Origin: Octopus vulgaris
Lineage: Eukaryota
Direction of reading: 5' to 3'
Assembly (NCBI GenBank): GCA_951406725.2
Contig: OX597825.1
Location: 40,486,001-40,550,000 of the forward strand
DNA length: 64,000 nt
Below the pieces are notes generated by a model. It was not told where the DNA came from. It made no database searches and worked only from the letters and a program-made list of their open reading frames with translations. The number at the start of each line of letters is the position of its first letter. Within the stretch, counting starts at the first letter, position 1. A program made the position numbers and the translations under genes. Below, one piece after another: positions 40,681-54,860 of the stretch.

Positions 40681-42326
40681 TTTAAGTTTACCGATAATAG
40701 TTCTTCTAACATGCCGAACTACTTGGTAAAATTTTTAATTATTAATTAATTAATTAATTTTACCCTTTATTATTATTGATAATATATATATATATATTGG
40801 TAGATAGTGCTAGCAGTTGGAATAACCGTCTAAGTTGTTAGAATATCCGTTATTACTACCGGTATAAATTAACTATGTTAACCGTGGGCATTGATACGCA
40901 AGCATACTATACACGTAGGATACAGGTAAAAACAAAATAAACAAGAGTTTATCAGGAATCAAATTTAAAATGAGTAGAAAATAAAGACAAACTTTTGATC
41001 AAAAGACAAATTGACTACCGTCGGTTAAATATTGTGTAATCCAATAACCAAACATTGCTTACAACCGTTTCTGCTTCCAATGTCAGTAGGTGCCGCCAAA
41101 GAAAATTATGAGAGTAATATTCGCCATCCTTATAGCCCATCCGATCTAGTACATGGAACTTCATCAGAGTGGATGCAAAAACATAAAATAAAAGAAGGGA
41201 AGGCGGAAAAACAAGGCCCCGAGAGGAGGAAAGAAGGCTTAATGAATTAGAATCATACTATTTTGCAATGTAAAGCTTGAAGTCGATGAGCAAGTGAATA
41301 AACTAGCAAATAAACTAGAAAAGTAGTTGGTGGGTTACTTTTTCTTTAGGGGCACCAGGATGTATAAATAATAAGACAATAAAACTAGCGCTTCAGTTTA
41401 ATATGTGTTCGTGTTTTTACATTTTATAAGAAAAACATTTCGTCGGAATGTATCATTTCACACCAAATTGTTCTTCCATTCTTGAAATATACAGGACAAA
41501 TTAATTACTAGAGAAAAGCAAATAATGCAGAGATTCAAAGCCAACCAGCCCCTTGAATACGATAACACTGTGTGAGCGGTGTCATATCCGAGAATCAAAT
41601 AAAAGAATTTATAAGAAATCTGTTTAATGTTTCTCTACCCTGAAGCAAATTTTGCAGTTCAAAATACTAGAAAATTCGTACGTTATTGTCAAAGATACAT
41701 TTATTTTTTCAGGATGAATATAATTTTTGACTCGCTTCAATCGCCACTACACACGCTTTTAACCAGACTGTTTAAGTATGAATAACAACATATAAACAAT
41801 ATGCTACATAATGTGTATAGCTATAATGATTTTCAAAAACATTTATATTGTATTTGTAATAGGGTACATTGTGAAAAACAAATGTCAGGAATATTATAAA
41901 TGTCTAGACAATAAACAACAATTAAAATACTGTTACGCTACCCAATATATAATTGTAATGTAAATTAATATATCAGTCTATTTTTGAGTAAACAACAACT
42001 AATCGAACAAATATGTTGTACGCTGTCTTTCTAACACAAAATTATTGTTTTTGTATATTTACAAACCTATTAGAAATAAACCAAACTCTAAGCAGTCAAG
42101 TATTGAACAGTTATATCCTTTCAATTTTTTGTTATATTTCCTTTCATTCTTTTTAGATATTTCATATGAAACGAGAACATTGTTTAGAGATAATTATTTC
42201 CAAATGATTTGTATAAGTGTACAAAAAACAAAAAAAATGGCAATCATCTTGAAAGTCACACACACACATAACATGAACATACACACACACAAAACACACA
42301 CATAGATAGAGAGATAAGTAGGTAGG

Positions 42327-42327
<1 letters not shown>

Positions 42328-42381
<54 letters not shown>

Positions 42382-42389
42382 GTAGATAG
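42328..42389. repeat. (GATA)n microsatellite
   Basis: Directly visible. Confidence 0.97.
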
Positions 42390-43682
42390 AATGACTTCAC
42401 ATAAGACTTGAATATGTTAGAATAGTATTCATCGGAATGGCCTTCCTTTGGTATTAGCTGTCTGTTATTCTTTAATATACAAGCGATAGGGAAAATTATT
42501 GATTGTATGTGCTATCATATATTAATTATACGTGATGTTAAAGACGAAATACGAATGAAATTTACCTTGTTATTGTGATAATTCTCAGCATTCTGATAAT
42601 TAAAATCAATTAATTAACATTCCATTATTCTACAATAGGTACACTTTGATTTTAGCCTAGAGATTTTGAATTATATATCCCTGGAGAATCCTGCTGAAAA
42701 TAAAATAACTGTTAAGTTGATTCTTTGTCGAATTAAAAGTACAGTAATGTCACAGAGATATGAAAACGTCTTCGTTGTAGCTTGAAGCCACAGGGCTATG
42801 CAAAACAGAATTCCTGTGTTGCAGCTATTGAAAGGAATTTCAACGCCAGCCTCAAATAAGTAAACGTATTCGTGCATGATGTTTTTCAAATAATTTAGAT
42901 ATCTTAATATATAAAATACCCTGCATGTGTGTGTCCTCAATGCACGCCCAAATATCTGGATCAATCTGTACCATACTCGGAGAACATGAATAATTTGACG
43001 TCGTAAAGAATAATATGATCTTGATTTATTATTTTTTTAAAAATTAAGAATAAATAATATTGCTCCATATATAAAGATTCTCTTCTTCAAATCCTTTCGT
43101 CAACTTCCTGAGTTTGAACTTCCTGTCTTTGGCGTCCTAACTAGCAATTATTTACACGCGCGCGCGCGTATGTATACATTTTTACAGTTGTGACGATTTC
43201 TGATAAACAGGAATTTCTAAAGGTACTTTCATGGTAGAAACAATTTTTATACGGAGATAGACGCCTATTTCTCAAGTATTTTAATGAGATAGTGCATATT
43301 GTACATTGATTTTTTAGTATATATTTCGAACATTTTGAAATGTTCGCCTTATTAAGACTTGATATTTTACATCTAATTCCTATGTGATTATTCTTGGTGC
43401 AAATCGACTTATTCACGCATTCATTTAACTGTTTTGCCAATGTCAACATAGTAATTAAGTGACCAGGTATTTATACACACACACGTAAGCAAATATCATT
43501 ACGGTTGTGACGACTTCATATAAAAAAGAATTTCTGAAGTTATTTTCATTTTTTATATTTTTCTCCAGCTTTCTATTTGTGTAAAGTATATACCTATATG
43601 AGAGTGTGTGTGAGAGAGAGAAAAAAAATCATACGGAGATTTCATTTAATTACTCAGTTGCTAAAGTAGCATGACTACAGAT

Positions 43683-44875
43683 TTCTGTCCCACCCACGAC
43701 TTTGGATGATAGCTTTCAGAAAAAAACGGACATTTTTCAAATGAAATTTATGACGAATATGTGTTATATAATGTAAATTCAGAATATACAAAATATCTGG
43801 GGGGAAAGCGTTTTATGAGGGGTGGTGAAGAGTTTTCGAAAAAATTCCCCAGAGTCCACTTCAATTAGATATTTTTTAATAAAATTGTCTACTATGTAGA
43901 TTCCGATCATATATAATTATAGGGTAAAATGATTGGGGGTTAATTTTGAGAACTGTTCCCTACTCGGGGGTGTTTCGGAACAAATTGTCCAGATTTGCTA
44001 CATTTTCTCTGTTTTGTGCGTTTGTGCATCCGTAGATTTCTACTGAAGCAACAGGCAATGAAGGGAAATGAAGACCTCTCCAGAAAACTCATGCTAAAAA
44101 TAACAGCTAAATGTCTGGTACACATAGATATGCTATTAAGACGACTTATCTCTTGCATACGATTTTATTTTTCACTTTAAGTATATTCCCAGGTAACGGT
44201 TCTAACAGAAACGCAGATGACACCAGAAGCGAAAATAAGCAATATACACGCACTGTTAGATATAGAAGTGTAAAATATAATTTGTTACATAATCTCTATA
44301 ATAAGCATGATATTGAATGGAACAATTTCCCGTTTGAACTTTTTTCACTATATATATGTGTGTATGAGGACACTGAGAATAAGCATGCCAGCTCTCTATG
44401 CTTTTTTATTTCTACAAAATCCGATCTTGTTTCCAACGGAGATTCTGAATATGCAAGAAAAATCTACTTTTAGAAATTTTACAACTAGGGTTAAGGGTTA
44501 TATACGGATGCACAAACGCATGAAACGTAGAAACTGAAACAAATATGGTCGACTTCGCCAGTGGGAAACAATTCGCAAAAGTAGCCCCCAATAGTTTCCC
44601 TCCAAATCCTATATGCTTGGAATCTACTTAGTACAAGGTATATTTGTAGACAAATTCATTAATACACATCCATTTTCCTGAAAGTTAATACGAATTGAAT
44701 TAGACCCGGTAAATTTTACGAAAATCCTCCTCACACCCATCTAAAACACTTTTCCCTCAAAGTGTTGTATAGTCAACATTTACATAATATAGCACATATA
44801 CGTAGAAAATGTCACTAAAAAATATCCATTTTTCTGAAAGTTATCATCAGCCAAATTCGGGTGGGGGTAGAAAGC
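43683..44875. mobile_element. Foldback/MITE-like element with long diverged inverted arms
   Basis: About 43683-44035 is inverted at about 44500-44875 (tgcgtttgtgcatccgta / tacggatgcacaaacgca; gatgatagctttcagaaaaa / tttttctgaaagttatcatc). Confidence 0.7.
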
Positions 44876-44879
44876 ATGT

Positions 44880-46042
44880 GGTAAGATTGCAACAATTGTC
44901 AATGATCTCATAATGAATGTGCTCTCAAACGTTGCACAAAACTTTAGCAACAGTCAATGGCTATGTGAGCGAGCCATCTTAGCTCCACATAATGATGCTA
45001 TCAACAAAATCAACTGGGCTCTCTTGTAGCTGTTGCCCGGACAAGAACAGTAATTCAAATCCCTTGACACTGTGATTGATCAGGAGTTTTTCCTTCTGAG
45101 TTCCAGAACTCTCTACAGCCGTCAGGGATGCTACCTCAGCAATCAACACTTTAAAAGGGGGCCTAAATCATGTTGCTCATGAATCTGGATTTACCTCGTT
45201 TGTGCAATGGCTCTAGACTGGTGGTGAAATTGATGCGGTCCCATGTTCTAGAGGCAACAATTATGAATGGTAACTATAAGAGTGAGGACGTCTTCATTCC
45301 ACAGATCCTGTTGATCCCATATGACCTCGTCTTTGAATTTAAACGGTTCCAGTTTCCATTTCGCTATGTCAATAAACAAGTCTCAAAACAGTATCTCATG
45401 GTTATTGGACTTCACCTTGCTTCTCTCTTGGGGAATTATATGCAGGATATTCGTGATTTGAAAGACCCCAAAATCTTTTCCTTTATACACCAATTAAAGG
45501 ATACACTCAAAACATCGTATATTTGGAAGCTCTAGATAATTAAACTGTGAGTGATTTCCGGTTTTGCTTCAATACATTTGCTTATATTCACGTCATCTGA
45601 TAGAAGTTTTGTGAAATGTACTTATTAACAGAAGGGAGCACCTGCAGGCCATTTCTACCCAAATTTATACATGTTCAGGTTCAACGTGTTTCAGATAAGT
45701 ACTGACAATTGAACGTGACTGCAAAGACAAAGACTGTTTAACAACTTTAACGGTGACAACATCGGATAAAACCTATTATTGCCATTAATACTTTGTACCT
45801 CAGGTAATTACTATTGAGAATTGCATAAACCTTGTTTTATTTTACTTTGAGATTTAAAATGCATGTTAAAATTTCATTGTTTTCAATAGCCTGGGAAACA
45901 CCGGGTTATTAACTTATCAAGTTGGTAACTCAGCAACTAGGAGGTAAGACCCGCGTAATCTATATTTCATGTTAGATACTTAAAAGGCATTTTAAATTTC
46001 ATTATTTTCTTTAAACCGGGTTACGTTGGGTATTTCTGCTAG
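44880..46042 (+). mobile_element. Helitron 3' part: PIF1-like helicase remnant and 3' terminus
   Basis: WLCERAILAPHND, IMLLMNLDLPRLCNGSRLVV, EDVFIPQILLIP, FKRFQFP; terminus ccgggttacgttgggtatttctg-CTAG (46039-46042) followed by T. Confidence 0.9.
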
Positions 46043-48519
46043 TATATTATAAAATATAACTAAGAATTGGTGGCTAGGCTCAACTAATATTTTACTAGCG
46101 TTATATTGTAAATGATGCCTTTAGTAAATTAAGTACCTGGTTTTCAACGTGACCAATATACACATTCTTGTATATGGGGCAGAACCTTTTCCGTTACTCC
46201 CATTGAGAAATTTTAGTAGACTTTCCAGAAAAAGACAAGTTGGTGATTGATACAAATCAAGTGAAGGGGAAGAGAGTAGCCTTGTTCAGCTCGAGTTGAA
46301 TACAATACTTAATAGTATGCTTCCTGTTTAAAACCATCATCATAGAGGACACAACTTTAACTGGATTTGGCAGTCACACGAAAAATATAACAAGCGAAAA
46401 TGTTGAATTAGTTGAGGTCACTATAGTGCAGATCATGTTTAATGTCATTAGTTTGATGGTCAGGCTGGGATGAATTTCATCGCTGATCAACATGCTTGCA
46501 TCTGATTTCAATTCAACATTAACGACGACTATAATCTGACGGGTATATTGCTCATATGCACTTTTGCAAGTACGTAGTTGCCGCAAGTATATATTGTACG
46601 GATAACAAGTGTTGTGGTTTTTGAATAATGAACCGTCATAACAACCTACCACACAATCACACATCCACGCGCGCACGCACACACTCTCTCTTTCTTTCTC
46701 ATTCATTCTTTATACTACCAAACATGCCGTCTATCTTAATTTATTCCTCATAACAAACGCGCACGCACACACACTTATCAAATGTGCTTACGTACTCATG
46801 TTCATAGAAACATTCTGACGTTGCAAAAACACAAAAAGATAAACACATAAATATCATCCATTCTCCCATTTAACATCCTTCATGCCAACCATTTTGTTTG
46901 TAAAAGAGTCACCTAGATATATCTGCCGCTGCGACTTCCTTTTTTTCATTCATTATGATGCCTCAAATATAAACAACACTTATTTTTATGAATTTTAATT
47001 TTTATTGTATTGTATTATATTTGCGTATATATTTGATAAAGTGCCAATGTCTGAAATGTTAAGTTCTCGTCTATTTCATCCAATGACTAAATTATATACT
47101 CTGTGTTCTCCTTTATTCTTTCCTTTTGTTGTTTTTAGTTCATCACTGGTGATTTCTACATTATATTTTTATTCAAAATAATATATTTATACAAACATAA
47201 AAGAATAATACTTTTGAATTATTTTAGTTTTGCTATCAGAAATGTGTTTATAATTAAAATCACTGTTGAACACCTGGATTTACTAATTAATCACCCAGCT
47301 ACTGGCTATGTTAGAAGTTTACAAAATAAGAAGACTACTGAAATTGTTTATAAAATTTGTTTCTAAAATATTACATTGATGAAGGTAAAAAATTCGACAA
47401 GATTAAATTACACTGTCTTAAGACCATTCATTTGTTTCCAGTGTTTTCTGGGAAGTAATTCAATTAATTGCAAATTGAATAAAAGGCAGCAGATAAAAAA
47501 ATCTCATAAGATTTTTCTTGTTGTTTGCTGTCTTGAATTTTTCTAACAAAACTAGCTATGTGGTACCAAAGTAATGGTGGTCAAGGAAGGGGAAGTGATG
47601 AATGTAGAGGAGGTGAGGCATGCATAACTGTCGTTTGTGATTGTGGTGATTGTTTTGTTGCTAGTCGTGTCAATGTTTATGCGACTCTAGTATTTATGAA
47701 ATGGATTTTTATATACCCATGACTATAAACATGCCTTGAGTTTTACACTGAAATAGCCAGAACGTAAAATGAAAAAATGATAATAATATTGTGATTTCGT
47801 AATCTTTAATTACCATAAATTAATTTTTTTCTTCGCTGATAAATTATATTGTGTTCGTGTCATCCTCGCTTGATTCACTAAGTTATCAAGAAAGGCATTT
47901 CAAATCTATATCCTTTTAATTGTTACAAATGGATTTTGATATTCACATGTAGACACTGGAAGTTTTATAAAATTGAATATAATGTTTTGTTTCAAAATGT
48001 ATGAGACTACTATGCCGAATTTATAGTTACAAACCCAAATTTGCAAAGTGCTAACTGAAAAGCAAACTGCAAAACAACAACAAAAATGTTTAATTACTTT
48101 TTAGTCCGTGAGGATTGTGTGAAGTTTAGTGTAAACATTTTGGTTAACTGGCCAGTTCAGTTTTAAGCAGGCGTAATCTCGGTATTTAATTTTGCTCTGT
48201 AACAGATGCTTTGGAAAAATGGGACGATGGTTATATTCTATTTTGAATGGAAAAAATTGCATTAGATTTATCTCTATGTCTCTGCACATGTCTTCCACTC
48301 TCTCATCGAATACTCAACCGTGAAATCTTAAAACAGTTTTCGTGTTTCGATCATTTCTTTCTAGTCTTTATTTTTGTTTTGTGTATTGACATTTTTATTA
48401 TTAGTGTATGTTGTTTTAACTGAAACTGAATCAATACAACTAAGTCTTCATTTAATTAGAGTTCTGTATTCGAATACACCCGCCCATTGACAAATACACA
48501 AATACAAGAACGCGCACAG

Positions 48520-48565
<46 letters not shown>

Positions 48566-49908
48566 ATACACACACACACAAACATGCACACACATGCAAA
48601 AGTACACAATCTGAAACACATACGCAAAACAAAACACAAATATATAATGAATATTTCGAAAATCAACACGGGCTAATAGACAAATAATTGCTTCTGCAAG
48701 CAGACATTGGTTTCAGTTCCATTTGACAACTTATATTTAACTTAAGTGGTTGAAGCTAAAGTGCAATGAAATTAATCCTAAACGGCCATTTTCTCAGACA
48801 TCTAAATCATAATTTTAAACTGGAATTTACTTAGATGAACGTATTTAAGGCGTAAGTTGTGTTCGTAGTGAAATATATCCAAAAAAGAAACAAAATGAGA
48901 TAATGAGTTGTAAATATCTGTGGTTTTCAAGAATGCTTTGTAATGTATTATCATAATGCATTATATGAGAAAATATAAAATTGGTCCCTTTGTATTAAAT
49001 TTATATTGCGTTTCGTTTTTGTTTTAATTTATTAATATGTTTAAAGGAAAAATAAAAACAGCAGAAATCTGATATTCAAATGATGGTAATTGGGTGCCAA
49101 GAAAAGTATTCAAAACATCAGCTAAATGTGCAATGCTGCTAGGTTCTTAACTATTTCAGCGACTGATAATAAGAGACACTCCCGTGGGAGTAACTAGAAC
49201 CATTATTCCATTAGCAGAGACATTGTATTTTAGCTTTTATCAAGAAAAGTTAACAATGTTTATATACCAACTCTGATCGACAGGAGTTTAGTGGATATAT
49301 TTTGTATAAAAATGCCAACAGATATACGTCTAAATCTTCCCAGCTGACTGTTTATAATTTTTTTTGTTAATTTAAATAATTATTGTAACAATGTATAATG
49401 CCACAAGATTGATAACAATATTTTATGTTCAGCATGGGAGAATATATTTTCATTCTTCCAGTAAGGGCGTTGGATACTTGTCGAACTGAGAATATAAAAT
49501 ATAATTAAATCAAGCATTAATGAGTTGTCGTTCATTATCTTTTTATTTTGAAATTCGCAGTGTCTCACAGATTATGGCCTACCCTCAATTATCAAACCTT
49601 CAAAAATTATATGTTACAGGTGACTAGATAGCATTACCTTTTCCAGTATCTGACCATTTCCGTTATGCTTGTCATTATATCATTTATCTCACTGGAGTAA
49701 TACATACATATATACACACACACATATATATAAACTCATATATGCATAAATATATATATATATGGGTGTGTGTGTGTATTTATATATACATATATATGTA
49801 TATATTGATAAAAACGGTAAGATAACAAAAGAAAGAAAGATACCTCAATATTATGTAAATAGAGGAAATTTATCTGTAAAATAATACCTGACAATTATTC
49901 AATAGCCA

Positions 49909-49971
49909 AGATAAAACTCGGAGTTTCGGATGCAGAAGTGGAAATCCACAGCACCATCTCTTCGGCTATCT
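49909..49971 (-). ncRNA. Type I hammerhead (left arm)
   Basis: AGAUAG-CCGAAGA-GAUG..GUGGA-UU-UCCAC..CAUC-C-GAAACUC-C-GAGUU-UUAUCU. Confidence 0.72.
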
Positions 49972-49992
49972 GGCTATCTAGTCACCTGTAAC

Positions 49993-50055
49993 AGATAACC
50001 GAAGAGATGGTGTTGTGGATTTCCACTTCGGCATCCGAAACTCCGAGTTTTATCT
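49993..50055 (+). ncRNA. Type I hammerhead (right arm)
   Basis: AGAUAA-CCGAAGA-GAUG..CAUC-C-GAAACUC-C-GAGUU-UUAUCU; perfect 6-bp stem I. Confidence 0.75.
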
Positions 50056-50123
50056 TGGCTATTGAATAATTGTCACATATTATTCGGTTACAGTTCACAG
50101 ATTTCATTCATATCGGATATACA

Positions 50124-50180
<57 letters not shown>

Positions 50181-50192
50181 CCTTTTCGTTTC

Positions 50193-50240
<48 letters not shown>

Positions 50241-50261
50241 TATTTATTATTTATATATATA

Positions 50262-50380
50262 TCAGCACCACCACCATGATCGACGAGGTTATCAGATGTT
50301 GCAACACATCGCTGGTCACAATGCGCTTCACATTTTTTAGCCTTCAAATGATGCCATCCCGCTGGCTAACCGAACAGGCC
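50262..50380 (-). mobile_element. Retroposon tail fragment
   Basis: Reverse complement (tggcatcatttgaaggctaaa..cattgtgacc) resembles 25555-25625. Confidence 0.5.
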
Positions 50381-50776
50381 AATATATATATATATATGTG
50401 TGTGTGTGTATGTATGTATGTATGTATGTATGTATGTATGTATGTATGTATGTATGTATGTATGTATGTATGTATGGGTGTGTGTGTGTAGATTTATATA
50501 TAAATATATATGTATGTATGTTTGTATATTGTTTCGAATATATGTGAACATGTATATAATAAAATATCAGTTGAATAAATTTTAAAATATGGTCTGGTTT
50601 TCAATTTTTATTATGCTTAACTGACATTTGGGTTCTTGATTGTAGTACCTCTTAGAACACTCCAGCAAGCTGAAGAGAAACTAACACAGCAGGGTGAGCC
50701 AGGCGTACCGATATTTTGTAATTTGTTTATAGTAATATGTGAGAGATATTTTCAATCCACATTCAACGGTTTGCTA

Positions 50777-51552
<776 letters not shown>

Positions 51553-51644
51553 CCGTTCAGAACTAGTTTGTACATTTCAAGAAACGGTTTTTTTTAATCA
51601 TTCTTCCAACTTTACTTGCTTAGGTTGTGGAAAGGAAAAATTCG

Positions 51645-52300
51645 AAACATTTTCACAAGAAAAATGAGTAACACGCAATTACCATTTCTTGACATGGTAA
51701 TTAAAAACAACACCACAATCACAACTGATATTAATTACAAAAACATAGATACACATTAGTACCTAGATTTCGACTCATACCACCCAACACACAAAAATGC
51801 AACATCCCGTATTGTCTTGCCAGGAAGATTTGTAATGTAGCCATTGAGTCAAATATCAGAAACACACAACTTATAAAACGCAAAGGATTTCTACTCAAGC
51901 AAAATCATCCTCTTCTACTCATAGAAAATATCATACAACAAGGAACAAAGATATCTACGGCAACACGAAAAAGACGAACCCATCAACGGAGCATAATACC
52001 ACTCTTAGTAATATACAATCCGCTTCACCAAAATATTTTTAACATCATCAAAACAAATTTGCCAATCATAAAGAGGAAAATTAAAGAAAAACAAAATCGC
52101 TAATGAGACCTTAAGTACTTAAATAAAAAGCAACAACATAACCTAAAGAAACAAAGACAATATTGAAGATTAACAAACAGGATAAACATTTACAGCATCC
52201 AAGTGTAATGATAACATATGAGGAACGTATCAATACATGCATACTTGTAGATCCATTGAAACAAAAAATGGACAGATTTTCGCAATTGTGAGGATATCTC
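51645..52300 (+). mobile_element. Penelope-like RT C-terminus/thumb remnant
   Basis: FTRKMSNTQLPFLDMVI..TTDINYKNIDTH*YLDFDSYHP, CNIPYCLARKIC. Confidence 0.88.
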
Positions 52301-53258
52301 GCAACGCTTACACTACTGTTACAATGATGAAGACAAGGAAGGAAGTTTTAGGGAGAATAGTCACAACATAAAAGACCTGGATGGATCGCTTTGAGCCAGA
52401 ATACAAGGAACAGAGTATGGAGTAGAGAAACCAAGAATCGCTAGAGTAAAAGCAATTCAAGATGCAAGTTAGGATGAGAAAAATTGTTTACAGTCGCCAG
52501 TGTAGGCTACAACTAAATATAGGCCAACAAATCCAGAATTTGGAGTAAACGTGGAGGATAAAGGTAAGTTAGAAACGTAACTGAATTTTGCACCAAAAAA
52601 TTATAAATTTCAAATATTATAATTTTAGCAACAATACGAAATATTTACATGTTCCCTAGAGTAATTAACACAATTAAATAAATAAAAGTGAGCTTATAAG
52701 CAAAATATAATAGATATAAAAAATATATACATTAACTAACCTAATATATTTATTAAATATAATATAATGTATCTAAATATAAATGGATTTTCAAACTGTA
52801 ATGCAAATTTTGCCTTGTAGGCTACGATATTGCGCACTAGAAAATCAAAGAGCAGAGTGTTATTTTTAACTCCTTACCACGAAAATAAAATGTGAAAACT
52901 GATTGACTTCTATCAAGTAGCATGATACGACCTCTTCAGTTATCAAGGAGACACTACATAACTTCATAAATACAAACGAAAAGTCAGATAACGATACACA
53001 CACACACACATACACACGCATACACATACAAATATGTATGCACTTCAATACACATTTATATACGTATACATATATTTACATTTAGATGTACACCTACATA
53101 GATATAAATATACACACATACATTTTGGGTGTATAACAGAAAATATGACTATAGAGAAAATTCGATTGACGCGCATATAAACTTCAGGGCAGTCATAAAT
53201 GTTGCATCCTGGGCAACTTACATGTATATATATATATATAAATAAGTATATATATATA

Positions 53259-53417
53259 CTCGGTGTATCTACCCCTCTTGATGTTTGGGAATTCTCTGAT
53301 GTTTTTCGGCTGACGAGTACGAGCCATCTGTATTTACTGCATTTTTTGTAGCTTATTAAAGATGTCCTCGTACGAAACAATTGTACCGAGATTTTAATCC
53401 ATTCTTGTTGCTTTTTT

Positions 53418-53420
<3 letters not shown>
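53259..53420 (+). mobile_element. Solo PLE pLTR between (TA)n arrays
   Basis: Contains a complete hammerhead; shares tccattcttgttgctt with 60278-60293. Confidence 0.8.
53305..53390 (+). ncRNA. Complete type I hammerhead ribozyme
   Basis: UUCGG-CUGACGA(53310-53316)-GUACGAG..CUCGUAC-GAAAC(53374-53378)-AAUU-GUA(53383-53385)-CCGAG; all core nucleotides canonical. Confidence 0.9.
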
Positions 53421-53448
<28 letters not shown>

Positions 53449-53451
<3 letters not shown>

Positions 53452-53790
53452 TTAATCAAATGTAGCACAGAAAAACACAACAAACAGGAGCAAATAAAGC
53501 AACTGTCGAAAGATGGACGATAGTACGAAAACGTCGAACAGGACAAAATGAACAGATAAGGAACATTCGCAGCCGATTTCCTCTTCAGGCGGTGTCCGGA
53601 AAGTCCTTGTAGTTTCGCACCCTTATCTCCGAGACTACTCGAACTCAGCTGGTTGCAAGGACTTAAGCGAAAAGCATTAAGCCTCTGGGAATGAGAAACG
53701 ACTGTATACAAGAACGAAAATAGGAAAAGGAAGAACAACTAGAAAGCTAGAATTATACACGTACAACAACATGCATTTAGGCTATACAAT
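53449..53790 (-). mobile_element. Non-coding element distantly related to 22165-23505
   Basis: Shares TAATGCTTTT.GCTTA, TCCTTG, CTCG, ATAA, CGAA, CTGA.GA, CGAATG and TATCGTC.ATCT in the same order; ends at (TA)n. Confidence 0.7.
53563..53680 (-). ncRNA. Rearranged hammerhead-like motif (family B)
   Basis: AAGUCCUU/AAGGACUU, GCAACC/GGGUGC, GUAGU-C/GAA-ACUAC, UCGG/CCGC-CUGAAGA. Confidence 0.55.
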
Positions 53791-53924
53791 AGAAGCCCCA
53801 AGAATTTTGTTTACAAATACGAATTCAAATAAGTAAATAACAAAAGAGGTATTACATATATATATATATAAAACACATATATACAAGCTGAGATATCCGG
53901 AGTTTCTTGGAAGTGAAACGGCAC

Positions 53925-54145
53925 AGATATTTTTGTTGCTTTGCACGTTTCGGTCTTGTGACTGAAGACATGCTGGAGCAGCACCTGCAGTCGAAGAAAT
54001 CGACACTATTATTTATTCTTTGTAAGCCTAGTACTTATTCCATAGGAGTGAGTTTGCAAACTGCTAAGTTACGGGGACGTAAACACAGCAATTTCGGTTG
54101 TGAATCGATGGTAGGTGAAATAAACACAGACACACAAACACATAC
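53925..54145 (-). mobile_element. SINE family B 3' part
   Basis: catgctggagca.cacc..agtcgaagaaatcgac..ctagtacttattc..gctaagttacggggacgtaaacac. Confidence 0.8.
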
Positions 54146-54464
54146 ACACACACACACTTATATACACATATATATATACATCTATTTATACATGTATATA
54201 AATATACGTACATGCCTATGTATATATATTTACATGTATATATATATATGTATATACCTATATACATATACATATATATATATATGCATACATATATATA
54301 TATTATGTATATATGAATTTAAATATACATATATGTACATACATATATAGGTACACATATATTTATATGTGTATACACATAGATATATATACACACATAT
54401 GTAATTCATACATATATTTATATGTGTATATACATACATATATATGCACACACATATATATATA

Positions 54465-54469
54465 AAGAC

Positions 54470-54508
<39 letters not shown>

Positions 54509-54799
54509 TATCAGTATATATATATACACGTATATATATATATATATATATATATTTTGAATTCCCTAAATGTCCTTTACATACTGAACACTACTGTGAA
54601 ATTGATTAATAACTAATTCTTGTTTCGATTAACTATATATATATTTACATATACATCTATAAATATGCATTTGTATATATGCGTGTATTCGTATACAGCT
54701 ATACATATACCTTTATATATACATACATAAATATGTGCAGATGTATATACACATATATAGATGCATGTATATATGTATATATATATATATATATATACA

Positions 54800-54860
<61 letters not shown>

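Larger units (their letters stand above)
49808..50125. mobile_element. Inverted pair of PLE pLTR fragments between (TA)n
   Basis: ~93-bp arms at 49880-49972 and 49992-50084 (5 mismatches), each containing a hammerhead. Confidence 0.8.

Noticed and set aside
46130-46640. Possible LTR-retrotransposon protease remnant (DTTLTGFGSH)
   Set aside because: Catalytic DS/TG motif and LTRs are not visible; too decayed to call.
52494-52563. Exon ending at a strong AAG|GTAAGT donor
   Set aside because: Stops in all three frames from the nearest reasonable acceptor.
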